Below, in pieces: positions 1-9,327 of a DNA stretch of 64,000 nt (its first letter is position 1; every line of letters begins with the position of its first letter). A program made the position numbers and the translations under genes. Under the pieces are notes generated by a model. It saw nothing but the letters and a program-made list of their open reading frames with translations, had not been told where the DNA came from and searched no databases. Origin of the DNA: a virus (lineage: Duplodnaviria; Caudoviricetes); the IMG/VR virus record IMGVR_UViG_3300031992_000030, one strand, 5' to 3'.

Positions 1-1011
1 TTTAGTTACTGTACTCTTAACCTGTGCATCATAAGAAACATTAGGAGTAGTAACATTAAATACTACATACATTCCCTCTTGAAGGTCATCGCCAGAAAGG
101 TTTTCATCTTTTTCTTTAAGCCAACCCTTTTCCCTAAAGAACTTATTAAATTCTCTTGTAAAAATTGTTTTTATTAAGGTAATATGAGTACCCTTTTCTG
201 TTAAACCTGTATTTACATATGGTATTAAAGTAAGACTATAATTAGAAGTATAAGTTAAAACCATATCTAACTTATATTTACCACTTATAAAATTCATATT
301 AAATCTATTCTGAATTAATTCAGTATCTTTAACACCAGCAGTAACTAAGTCATTAAGTCCATTTTTAGAATAATAAACTACATTTGTACCATTATCATTT
401 AAGTTAATGATTAAACCAGGACATAAACAAGCCAAAGTATTAAATAAAGATTTAATTTTACTTATTTCTACTTCAGTATGAGTAAAAAATTCTTCACTTG
501 GGAGCCAAGAAACCGTTGTTCCATGTTCACTCTTGTCACAAGTACCTTTTTCTCTTTTTTCAAATATGCCCTCTTTGAACCAAACTTTTTCTGTTTTACC
601 ATCTCTTTTGGTTTCAACAATAAGCCAATGTGAAAGAAACGTAGTAATTTTACTTCCAATACCAAAACTACCAAGAGACGTGCCCTCATAGGTGCCATCC
701 TCTCTATATTTTCCCGAGGTGTTTAATACACTAAAAGCAGCTTCAAGAATTGACTTTCTATCTTCTCTAAATTCATTGGGAATAAAACCTTGACCAAAAT
801 CTTGTACTGTTATTTCAGAATTATTAATAGAAACATTAATTTTATCACCGTGACCCAATCTAAACTCATCAATAGAGTTAGAAATTATCTCTACCAAAAG
901 TTGTGTACTATAATTTGTGTCACCACAATATACACCAGGCTTTAATCTCGTAAAAGACAATGGATCAAGTGACTCAATAGAATCTTTATTATATAAATTC
1001 TTATCAGTCAT
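1..1011 (-). CDS. gyrB: Type II DNA topoisomerase/gyrase subunit B, N-terminal GHKL ATPase part (runs off window edge; absent from ORF track)
   Basis: Manual translation MTDKNLYNKDSIESLDPLSFTRLKPGVYCG...EIISNSIDE...VQDFGQGF...LNTSGKY...GSFGIGSK shows GHKL motifs; RBS AAGGAG upstream. Confidence 0.85.
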   Translation of the reverse strand, partial: MTDKNLYNKDSIESLDPLSFTRLKPGVYCGDTNYSTQLLVEIISNSIDEFRLGHGDKINVSINNSEITVQDFGQGFIPNEFREDRKSILEAAFSVLNTSGKYREDGTYEGTSLGSFGIGSKITTFLSHWLIVETKRDGKTEKVWFKEGIFEKREKGTCDKSEHGTTVSWLPSEEFFTHTEVEISKIKSLFNTLACLCPGLIINLNDNGTNVVYYSKNGLNDLVTAGVKDTELIQNRFNMNFISGKYKLDMVLTYTSNYSLTLIPYVNTGLTEKGTHITLIKTIFTREFNKFFREKGWLKEKDENLSGDDLQEGMYVVFNVTTPNVSYDAQVKSTVTK

Positions 1012-1135
1012 TCTTTTTCTCCTTTTTATAGTTTTCAATAATATTATAACATAAAATTTCAAAATTGTCAAATTAGAATTTTATGACCAAGAATTTTGGA
1101 ATTTTTCAAAAAAATTGTATAATATTTTTAGGCAT

Positions 1136-1183
1136 AAAAAAATCCCTCGATAGATAAAGACAAACATCTAAATCTATCGAGGG
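1136..1183 (-). terminator. Intrinsic terminator after endolysin
   Basis: CCCTCGATAGAT/ATCTATCGAGGG inverted repeat followed by T-run on - strand. Confidence 0.7.
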
Positions 1184-1226
1184 TAGTAATAATAATTAAA
1201 TTAAATGTATATAATATTTATCTTTA

Positions 1227-2207
1227 TCAAATTTTAGTAGTATATTTAAGTGAAATATATTGTTCTGTTTCAATTTTTCCCCAACCATTTATTTCTTCAA
1301 GAATAGTTACAACATAACCAAAAGGAAGTGGACTTCTTACAGTAGGATAATTTGTACCTGGGCCTTTTCTTACATTAAGACCTGACTTTGAATTTACTTT
1401 TGCTTTGTAACCTATTGTAGTCTTTGCGGCAATTGCTGCTGCGAGAGCAGCTTCTGACTTAGGTCCCCATAATCCGTCTGGATCCATTCCAGCCTTTTTC
1501 TGGAAATCAAGTACAGCAGCTTGAGTATTCTTACCCCAATCACCATCTTCTGTAAGTTTATATCCTACCTGATTTAATCCATGCTGAATCTTCTTAACTT
1601 CCTCTCCCTTTGAACCAAGGTGTGGATAAGGAATTGGGTCAGAAGTAGGCACTGGTGAAACTTCTGCTTTGGAGCCGTTCTCAATAGCAATTGCAACGTG
1701 GTGCTTTTCATTAAGAATAATATCTCCTTCAAGTAAGTAATCACCTGATGTAAGGTACTTCTTCTCGGTCAGAATCGTGAACTCGCCACTGGCCGCACAC
1801 AAACTCTTCAAATCGCCAGTATATGCCAATTTATTTTCTCTATTTTTATTTCTCATTTTCTCTTCTGGTGTACCGGTAGCAACAATAACGGCAGCAACGA
1901 GAGCGCTACAATCTGTTTCTGTTGGTTTTGTAATTTTAGAAAAATCATTACCAACTTTTTTAACTTCTGTTAAAAGTTTTTCTCTCTCCCACTGGTCATA
2001 TCCAATATTGTCATTTGCACAAGCGGCTTTCATTGCTTCAGCCATTCTATGTGCCTTTTTTCTATCTTTTGGTCGTATAACTACGTCCCAACCAGTTTTA
2101 CCATAACTATACCAATTAGTAATTTTTACCTCTTTTCCATTTTGGTCTCCGGCCTTGCCGCCGTGAGCCTGTCCCTTTTCATCTATTGAGGCTTGTGCTA
2201 TTCTCAT
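1227..2207 (-). CDS. Endolysin / peptidoglycan hydrolase (NlpC/P60-CHAP-like + PG_binding_1 + SH3b)
   Basis: IGYDQ...TDCSAL...HHVAI catalytic Cys/His; DGDWGKNTQAAVLDFQKKAG..DGLWG PG-binding; LNVRKGPGTNY SH3b. Confidence 0.85.
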   Translation of the reverse strand: MRIAQASIDEKGQAHGGKAGDQNGKEVKITNWYSYGKTGWDVVIRPKDRKKAHRMAEAMKAACANDNIGYDQWEREKLLTEVKKVGNDFSKITKPTETDCSALVAAVIVATGTPEEKMRNKNRENKLAYTGDLKSLCAASGEFTILTEKKYLTSGDYLLEGDIILNEKHHVAIAIENGSKAEVSPVPTSDPIPYPHLGSKGEEVKKIQHGLNQVGYKLTEDGDWGKNTQAAVLDFQKKAGMDPDGLWGPKSEAALAAAIAAKTTIGYKAKVNSKSGLNVRKGPGTNYPTVRSPLPFGYVVTILEEINGWGKIETEQYISLKYTTKI

Positions 2208-2222
2208 TTTTCATTTCCTCCT

Positions 2223-2387
2223 TTACCAATATGTTTTTTGTAAACCCAATGTACAAAGACATATACCTGAACCACCATTTTTAGGATTATTAGAACAGGT
2301 ATCACAAGGACTTATAGTTTTATCTTCTTGTGTTATGTAATTATAAAAATTTAAATCTTTAAATTCAAAATCTTCATACTTGTCCAT
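2223..2387 (-). CDS. Small Cys-rich hypothetical protein
   Basis: CDTCSNNPKNGGSGICLC motif; start adjusted to MDKYE. Confidence 0.55.
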   Translation of the reverse strand: MDKYEDFEFKDLNFYNYITQEDKTISPCDTCSNNPKNGGSGICLCTLGLQKTYW

Positions 2388-2388
2388 A

Positions 2389-3621
2389 TTACATCTCCTC
2401 CGCCTTTTGGGCAATCTTACTTCTGTGACAATTCTTCAAATAAGCAGTACCAAAATATGGCTCATTTTTAAAGACCTGACACAATCTTTTTAATCCATTA
2501 TTTGCACCTTCATAATCTACCATATCAACTTGTGTGAAATCATCGCCGCAGATAACACAAACTGAATCTTCTCCGATTCTCTGTAACATTAATTTCATCA
2601 TTTCAACAGTTGAGTTTTGTGCTTCATCTATATAAATTCCACAATTCATACCCGTACTATCAAAACCTCTAATATCAGATACGGGTAGTAATAGTAATTT
2701 ATCTTCTGCAATAAGTTTTTCTACCGCAATCATATCTCCAAGTTTACTAGCTAATAAGTTACCAACCTGCGAGTCCAGAAGTTTTTCGTCTCTGGTGCCA
2801 GGATAGAAACCGAGCTTAGCACTTCCCTTCGTAGCGACCGTGTTGCAGAAAACAATGATTTTGTCAATTTTTCCATTATCCAACAGGGCAAAAAGATATC
2901 CAAGACCTAGGTAGCTCTTACCTGTACCAGCAGGGCCGCGCAAAACAGTTAACTTATTTCTAACTAAACTATCACACGCCATTTTCTGATATATATCATC
3001 TTTTAAAGGTTTTACTTCACCAAAATAATTAGAGAAAAAAGCATTAGTTTTAATTCTTTTATGCTCTTCTCCATTCCACATATATAAGTCTAATATGTTT
3101 CCCACAATATCTTTGATAACTACATATTCATTAACAAAGAGATTGAACATATTATCTCCCAAATTAGAATAAAAATCACACATTTGAGTATCAGTAAGCA
3201 TAACTTCTCTGTATCCAAAATATTCTTCTTCCTTGACTTCTTCTACTGGTGTTACGTGTTTTAGTACCAGTTGCGCAATATTGCGGCAAGCCCTATCTCC
3301 GGTTACAAACTCTATATCCTTACTCTTGGAGTAAAAATATGGTTTGTTTAAGTAACACGCACAAGCAACGATTTTAGCATCATCGTTGATTTCCAAATCA
3401 AGTTTCTTTAATGGTTTAAGCATTTTGTTTTGAAAAGTTACTACTTCGTGATCGACTATATCTAAATCACGTAGTGCTCTTCTTGCCTTGTATTTCACTT
3501 CGTCACTTTTTCTTTCAGAGTTCTTTATATTCTCCAATTCTTTTAAAGTAATTGAAGATATTGCAAAGTTCTCTGCAGGCAGATTTCCAGATAACAAAGC
3601 GTTAGTATCTAAGAATTTCAT
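2389..3621 (-). CDS. phoH: PIN-domain + PhoH-like ATPase
   Basis: N-terminal FLDTNALL...ELE...NDDAKI...FVTGD (PIN); GPAGTGKS, LGFYPG, IRG, IDEAQN, GDDFTQVD, HRS (PhoH). Confidence 0.92.
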   Translation of the reverse strand: MKFLDTNALLSGNLPAENFAISSITLKELENIKNSERKSDEVKYKARRALRDLDIVDHEVVTFQNKMLKPLKKLDLEINDDAKIVACACYLNKPYFYSKSKDIEFVTGDRACRNIAQLVLKHVTPVEEVKEEEYFGYREVMLTDTQMCDFYSNLGDNMFNLFVNEYVVIKDIVGNILDLYMWNGEEHKRIKTNAFFSNYFGEVKPLKDDIYQKMACDSLVRNKLTVLRGPAGTGKSYLGLGYLFALLDNGKIDKIIVFCNTVATKGSAKLGFYPGTRDEKLLDSQVGNLLASKLGDMIAVEKLIAEDKLLLLPVSDIRGFDSTGMNCGIYIDEAQNSTVEMMKLMLQRIGEDSVCVICGDDFTQVDMVDYEGANNGLKRLCQVFKNEPYFGTAYLKNCHRSKIAQKAEEM

Positions 3622-3872
3622 TCTTCTTCTTCCTCCGGTTCTTCTTCTTCATCATCTTCTTTACAAATATAACAACCTGTATCAAAGCCAATAGCTGGAG
3701 CGCGCTCCACTTCGTCATTGTCTATTTCTTGTTGTATTTTCATCATTTGTAATTGAATTTTTCCTTTTGATAATTCAAATTTCATACAAATAAATGATAT
3801 AAAAGATTCAACAACCGGTAATGCAATTTCAGCAAATGCTATACCAAGGATAAAATATAACAATTCTGTCAT
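3618..3872 (-). CDS. Hypothetical membrane-anchored protein with acidic tail
   Basis: N-terminal hydrophobic segment, RBS present, coupled to phoH. Confidence 0.6.
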   Translation of the reverse strand: MTELLYFILGIAFAEIALPVVESFISFICMKFELSKGKIQLQMMKIQQEIDNDEVERAPAIGFDTGCYICKEDDEEEEPEEEEE

Positions 3873-3942
3873 ATTATGTCCTCCTTTTTTCTCTTACTTC
3901 TGGGAATATTCCCTAATATATATAAAAAATAAGGAGGGTTTT

Positions 3943-4383
3943 TTAACCCCCCTTGACCAATCCTCTATGTTTACGAGCTTTTTGATAAAATTCTTCTTTT
4001 AACTTAATATATTCAGCAGTTTCTTGTAACTTAAAATTCTTAAATTCGTTAAGTTCGGCTATATCGGATTTGATTTCGTGCATCTTTTTACGCATACGTC
4101 TTGCTTCGAAAGACTTAGAATTGAATTTTTTACATTGAGTCATTTCATTATATAGAGATTCGATTGCTTTAAGTTGGGGTTTAAGTTCTTTATTTATAAT
4201 ATAAGTTAAATGCTTAACCTGAGCCCTGTTGAGTGCTATAAAAGTTCCAACTTTTTCGCTTTTCATATCTTGATCCTGTTCGTGACATTTAGCAGTACCT
4301 ACAAAAGTCATTCCATTTTCGTGAATTGTAACAATGGCCAAGCCTAACTCCTCTTCCCAACTATATATATATTTTACTGACAT
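3943..4383 (-). CDS. Hypothetical phage protein
   Basis: 146-aa ORF with RBS. Confidence 0.65.
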   Translation of the reverse strand: MSVKYIYSWEEELGLAIVTIHENGMTFVGTAKCHEQDQDMKSEKVGTFIALNRAQVKHLTYIINKELKPQLKAIESLYNEMTQCKKFNSKSFEARRMRKKMHEIKSDIAELNEFKNFKLQETAEYIKLKEEFYQKARKHRGLVKGG

Positions 4384-4507
4384 AGAAAACTCCTTTTATC
4401 ATTTTCTAATATTTTAACATTTTTTTTGACTTTTCCAAAGAAAAATTTATATAGGTGCGGGCGTTGGTCAGGACGATCGCGGGGGTCAGTTAAAACCCCC
4501 GCATTAG

Positions 4508-4696
4508 TCAGTTCTTTAATCCCATAGATGTTACAAATCGTTCATAACAACTTGCACAAATATCCAATTCTGGCTCGACTATACCACCATAAAGATCAAT
4601 TTTCTTTCTTATAATATATTTCTGCTTACTATAATTATCTCTTTTATTGTCCAATTCTTTATTGCAAATATCGCAATAATAAACTTCCTTTTTCAT
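4508..4696 (-). CDS. Small zinc-ribbon protein
   Basis: CDIC...CASC. Confidence 0.6.
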   Translation of the reverse strand: MKKEVYYCDICNKELDNKRDNYSKQKYIIRKKIDLYGGIVEPELDICASCYERFVTSMGLKN

Positions 4697-4699
4697 TAA

Positions 4700-4966
4700 T
4701 TACCTCCAACTTGATCTAACTATCCAGTGCTTTCTTCCTCGTTCAAGATACAAAATACCGTGATCATCAAGGTCATACTCTACCATACTATCAAGCGTAG
4801 CCATAGCCTCTTCCTTTGTGTCGCAAACTATATCACTATGCAAAGTCAAGTTGCCGTGATATCCATTACTAAGACCAGGGGTATACGCAAACGCGTTCAA
4901 GTGTCTAAGTATCTTAGATTCAGAAGTATTAAAATCATATGTAGTATATCTGTAATTAAGTAACAT
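4700..4966 (-). CDS. Hypothetical protein
   Basis: Tightly packed ORF in operon. Confidence 0.55.
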   Translation of the reverse strand: MLLNYRYTTYDFNTSESKILRHLNAFAYTPGLSNGYHGNLTLHSDIVCDTKEEAMATLDSMVEYDLDDHGILYLERGRKHWIVRSSWR

Positions 4967-4968
4967 AT

Positions 4969-5286
4969 TCAGTTCACCCCCATTATCTTGTTCTCGTTCT
5001 TGAGTGTCGCATCGACCCTCGCCGCAAGCTCTCCATAAGTTAAAACCCTATTTTGATGCTCGTCAAAATTACCATTTTTAAACTCGAATAAAAAATCTTC
5101 GTAAGTGTAATTATCATCACACTCACAAAAATTAACTTCTTGTTTACAATGGATACAATAAAGTCTTTTTAAATGTCCTCGTTCTCGATACTGATTTCGT
5201 TTCCGAGCGACACTTATACCCTTATTCCCGCACTTGCAACAATAAAATTCGTGCGAGAAATCAAAGCCTCTGTTTTGTTTTCCCAT
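4969..5286 (-). CDS. Zinc-binding hypothetical protein
   Basis: FYCCKCG...GHLKRLYCIHCK; consensus promoter just upstream. Confidence 0.65.
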   Translation of the reverse strand: MGKQNRGFDFSHEFYCCKCGNKGISVARKRNQYRERGHLKRLYCIHCKQEVNFCECDDNYTYEDFLFEFKNGNFDEHQNRVLTYGELAARVDATLKNENKIMGVN

Positions 5287-5320
5287 TTATTATCACTTCC
5301 TTTATTTTTTCTATACATAT

Positions 5321-5349
5321 ATTATATCATAAAAAAATAAGTCTGTCAA
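5321..5349 (-). promoter_or_regulatory. Consensus sigma-70/sigma-A promoter (representative of 30 or more similar - strand promoters in the window)
   Basis: TTGACA-17 nt (with extended TG)-TATAAT followed by ATGTATAGAAAA. Confidence 0.8.
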
Positions 5350-5398
5350 GGTAAATTTTTATAATAAAAAAAGGGACTCATTACTGAGTCCCTACTGT

Positions 5399-6634
5399 TT
5401 AACTTTGTGGATAATAACTATTTATTAATTCTTGAGCATAATTATACTCTTCTTTTGTACTTCTTATAAGAGAGAAAATCTTGTTTCCTGTCTCTTCATC
5501 TGGTGTAACTAAATATACTTGTTTAATTAATGTCATACAATCTTGCAAGTCCTGTTTCAAATTAGCGACTGTAGCATCAAATTCTTCTTGTATAGCATAA
5601 TTTCCAAAATTATTATGTGTTTGAGGCTCAAGAGTGCAGAAAGTAAAATATGTATTATAGCCTACGATACCATCATGTTCGTATACATAATCTATGAGAG
5701 TTTTCATTTGTCCATTTGTATCATTTGCTACCGGTTTTGCCTCTTTAACTCTTTGTACTAAAGCGGTTAATAAACTCTCTGTCTGCCATTTGGTTCCAGA
5801 TGGTTCACCAGAGATAGTAGTACCTTGAATATAAGCGTTTTGTGCGTCGATAGCATTAGCTAAAAGTATATTTGATACATAATTCTGTAAATAATTTGTT
5901 TGAAGACCGCTCTTAAGGTCGGCTACATCCTCTAAAGATTCATAAGTAAAATCAATATACACAGGAATTTCGGTAGCACTTGTAATTAAATTATTATATA
6001 CACCATATGTAGTATTAAAAGAGTCAATCAAGTTCTTTTGAGCCTGATATTCTGTATCCCAAGAGTGGACACTATCTATACCAAATCTAACTGTTTTAAA
6101 TTTATAGTCAAAGTTATACTTTTTGGTATTCCAAGTGCTTTTTTGGGTAATATCAGGGTTATCTATATTATTAGAATAAATAGCAACCAATTCATCGCCT
6201 AAACTTTTCATTTGGGTTCTGTATTCAGAATTTGAGTTTTCATATACAGTAGTATAGTTATGTTGATTATCTTGAGCATACATATATTCCATATACTCAG
6301 CCATTTCTTGCAACCATGCGGCAGCTTCTTGGGTTCTCCACATAATACCTTTTGTACTATTTGCCCAGATATACCACTCTGCACCGGTTTCATCAACAAG
6401 AATTATTTTATCAAATTTGTTATTTTCTTTTGCTTCTTCAATTTCTTGTTTTATAGTTTTGTTATTATCAGAAACACCAAATTTGGAAAAAATTGCTTTT
6501 CCTATATCTCTTAAAGAAATTTTTCTTGAAGCCTTTGCTCTATTTGAATTTAATGTGCAAATTTCAAGAGTATCACTTGAATTTACAACATCTGAACTTA
6601 CAGAAGTAAGTTGTGATATTTTCTTTTGTGGCAT
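5399..6634 (-). CDS. Putative virion fibre/accessory structural protein
   Basis: N-terminal KKISQL motif shared with neighbouring fibre genes; hairpin terminator at 5370-5394. Confidence 0.55.
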   Translation of the reverse strand: MPQKKISQLTSVSSDVVNSSDTLEICTLNSNRAKASRKISLRDIGKAIFSKFGVSDNNKTIKQEIEEAKENNKFDKIILVDETGAEWYIWANSTKGIMWRTQEAAAWLQEMAEYMEYMYAQDNQHNYTTVYENSNSEYRTQMKSLGDELVAIYSNNIDNPDITQKSTWNTKKYNFDYKFKTVRFGIDSVHSWDTEYQAQKNLIDSFNTTYGVYNNLITSATEIPVYIDFTYESLEDVADLKSGLQTNYLQNYVSNILLANAIDAQNAYIQGTTISGEPSGTKWQTESLLTALVQRVKEAKPVANDTNGQMKTLIDYVYEHDGIVGYNTYFTFCTLEPQTHNNFGNYAIQEEFDATVANLKQDLQDCMTLIKQVYLVTPDEETGNKIFSLIRSTKEEYNYAQELINSYYPQS

Positions 6635-6649
6635 TTACTTACTCCTTTC

Positions 6650-7867
6650 TTAAGTCCAACTATAAGTCGGAATTCCATTAGTTACTGTGCAAGTTAAAGT
6701 ATATGTTCCATCTGTTGTAGGGGGGTCTGGAAGCATTGTATTAAGACTTTTACTTCCCATAAAAGTTAAATCACCAGCAATCATCTCATTACCAGACCAA
6801 TCAAGAGTGCGGGCATTACTACGAGTGGTAACAGCGGGTGTTACAGAAGAATCATAAGTTCCATTTCCAATAATTTCAGCATATACATCTTGATTATCTT
6901 CTATATTATATCTACCACCAGCGTGTTGATTTTCACTAGCTGCTATGGTACCATAACCTTCTGCGTGAGAATTTTGTGCCGTTGCTTTACAACCTGCACC
7001 TTCCGCATGTGCTTGTGCAGCCGTAGCTTGAGTACCTCCACCTTCTGCGTGAGATTGCATACCAGAAGCAAGTGTACCTGCACCTTCTGCGTGAGAATCA
7101 TCGCCAGTTGCTCTACAACCTGCACCTTCTGAGTGTGACTGTGCTCCACTTGCAATGCTACCAGCACCTTCGGCATGGGCACTAGTATTTGAAGCTTGTG
7201 TAAAAGTACCTTCAGCATGGGATGAATTACCAGAAGCTGTAGTACTAGTACCCTCAGAATGAGCATTTGCACCAGAAGCTGTAGTACTAGTACCCTCAGA
7301 ATGAGTATTTGCAGCAGAAGCGGAAGTACTTGAACCTTCAGCATGTGCATTTGTAGCAGAAGCAGTACAACCATTTCCTTCAGCATGTGCTCTTTGCGCT
7401 GAAACAGTATTATTTTGTCCTTCTACATGTGAAACTGCTCCATTAGCAGTTATAGTATTACTATAACCTTCTGCATGAATGTTAGCAGATAAAACAGTAG
7501 GGTCTATTGTGTGATTAGCACCTTCTATATATTGCTTATTTTCCCATTTTTCAGTTGTAGAATTATATTGTAAAAGCTGATTTGCGGCGGGGTTAGTTAT
7601 CGTCACGTCGGTTAGGTCACTGAGTACCTCACGACCGCCGGCCGCAAGTTCGTCAATTGCTCCTTGTACATTGGTTGCGGTTAATCCAGATTCAGAATTA
7701 TCATATTCCATATCTTCTGTTGGTAATGCTCCCGCAAGTGCTTCAATATTTATTCTTCTATCTTCATATGTTTCTGGGTTATCACTAACTTTGTGAGCCA
7801 AATATAAGCCATCTTGTGAACCAACTTCACTTGAACTAATAGTTTCTAAACTACTCAATTTTGCCAT
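6650..7867 (-). CDS. Fibre/adhesin with YadA-head-like (S/A)HAEG 14-aa repeats
   Basis: About 14 repeats of xHAEGxxTxASG; LSDLTDVTI motif; RSNARTLDWSGN; start adjusted to MAKLSSL. Confidence 0.75.
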   Translation of the reverse strand: MAKLSSLETISSSEVGSQDGLYLAHKVSDNPETYEDRRINIEALAGALPTEDMEYDNSESGLTATNVQGAIDELAAGGREVLSDLTDVTITNPAANQLLQYNSTTEKWENKQYIEGANHTIDPTVLSANIHAEGYSNTITANGAVSHVEGQNNTVSAQRAHAEGNGCTASATNAHAEGSSTSASAANTHSEGTSTTASGANAHSEGTSTTASGNSSHAEGTFTQASNTSAHAEGAGSIASGAQSHSEGAGCRATGDDSHAEGAGTLASGMQSHAEGGGTQATAAQAHAEGAGCKATAQNSHAEGYGTIAASENQHAGGRYNIEDNQDVYAEIIGNGTYDSSVTPAVTTRSNARTLDWSGNEMIAGDLTFMGSKSLNTMLPDPPTTDGTYTLTCTVTNGIPTYSWT

Positions 7868-7955
7868 TTTGTATTTTACCTCCTTCTTCTCTATTTTATT
7901 ATTCAATAATTATGAAAAAAAATAAGGGTAGATTATAATAATCTACCCTTTTAAA

Positions 7956-9314
7956 TTATGTACCTTTATAAAGACAAAAATAAGGTCTGAAATATTCACT
8001 TGAGTTAGAATCATATATATAAAGTGAACTATATAATTGACATATATGTAATTTGTTTTTACCGGTTTCAACATCGTTAACACTATCTGACCAATTTATT
8101 TCTTCTTCATGATACTGATCCCTTAACCAAACCGGTGTATTTAAATTATCAGCATTAATAAAAAAGGGATTAAGCTTAAATAAAGGAAATTGAATTGAAT
8201 CTGCTGTTGTTTCAAACCTTTTTCTATTATAATGAAAATGTCCATCGGTATATACAATATCTGTTTCAAAATTGTTATCTACCCCTGCAGTTCTAACTCC
8301 ATAGCATTGTTGTTCCGTCATGACCTCTACTCGCCCATTCATCCATCTAGTAGTTATTAAACCTGGTTGATTTGTAGAATCTATTGTTGCTAATAAAGGA
8401 AAATCTAAAATATTATTTTTTGAAGTAAATGTTTGTTCAATAATATCCTCACTATGAATTAGTCCTTCTCCTCCTGAAGTAACAGAAAAATCGTTACCTA
8501 AGTAATAAACAAACACAGCGGTATTCTTTGGTATCCCATTTGAATTAAAAGTAGAATTAGGGTTAGAAGGATGAAAATTTTTTCCTCCCTTAATTTTTAC
8601 TGTATAGTCGTTACCTGTTGGTTCTTCGGCTATATCCCAATAAATTACTCCATCATCAACAGTTGGATCTGATATATATACACAACAGATGAAACTTACT
8701 TTTATTTTTGATATGTTAGAATAAAAAACCGTTTCATTTTCTTTTAAAGTAGTAGTAGAAAAACGCCAATTGAGATACCCTTTCCAAGTTGAAAAGGTAT
8801 ATCTTCCACGAGTATTACTATATGGAACACCTGCGTTTAAAGTTTGATCAGGTACTATAACCGCATGATGTTTATTACAAGGTTTTTTACCTACTCCATA
8901 ATAATAATCAAAGGCTGCAATTCGATAGTTTATGCCAGAATTACCAGACCAATAATCACCTATAAATAAATCTTTAAAAGTTCCATTTTCTATTGCCTCT
9001 AACTGTTTTTCAGTGGGAGATTCACCTAACCATTTTCCACGATAAATGGAATTGTGGAAGCCGGCTCCAGCAGGCTCTTTGTCCTTGTTAAAAATTTCAT
9101 TTATAGCACCTATTATTGTTTTTATTTTTGTTTGTAATTGTGTTGAAAAATTAAAAATAGAACATAACCAATTACTAAAATTTTCAATAGAAGAATGTTG
9201 AGATAAATAATTGAAATAAATAGCAGAAGCAGGAGAGGTTATTTCCATTAAATCTGAATTATAAATATGAGTTGATTCTTCTAATTCTGAAATTCTTTTT
9301 GTTTCTTGTGCCAT
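7956..9314 (-). CDS. Putative receptor-binding/fibre protein (DUF6273-like, C-terminal RPxF)
   Basis: KRISEL, IIGAINE, HNSIYRG, LFIGDYW, YRIAAFDYY, WLRD, FRPYFCL; paralog of next gene; start adjusted to MAQETK. Confidence 0.6.
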   Translation of the reverse strand: MAQETKRISELEESTHIYNSDLMEITSPASAIYFNYLSQHSSIENFSNWLCSIFNFSTQLQTKIKTIIGAINEIFNKDKEPAGAGFHNSIYRGKWLGESPTEKQLEAIENGTFKDLFIGDYWSGNSGINYRIAAFDYYYGVGKKPCNKHHAVIVPDQTLNAGVPYSNTRGRYTFSTWKGYLNWRFSTTTLKENETVFYSNISKIKVSFICCVYISDPTVDDGVIYWDIAEEPTGNDYTVKIKGGKNFHPSNPNSTFNSNGIPKNTAVFVYYLGNDFSVTSGGEGLIHSEDIIEQTFTSKNNILDFPLLATIDSTNQPGLITTRWMNGRVEVMTEQQCYGVRTAGVDNNFETDIVYTDGHFHYNRKRFETTADSIQFPLFKLNPFFINADNLNTPVWLRDQYHEEEINWSDSVNDVETGKNKLHICQLYSSLYIYDSNSSEYFRPYFCLYKGT

Positions 9315-9327
9315 TTTAACAACCTCC

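Noticed and set aside
468-698. 76-aa ORF in the ORF track
   Set aside because: Out-of-frame overlap within the topoisomerase gene.
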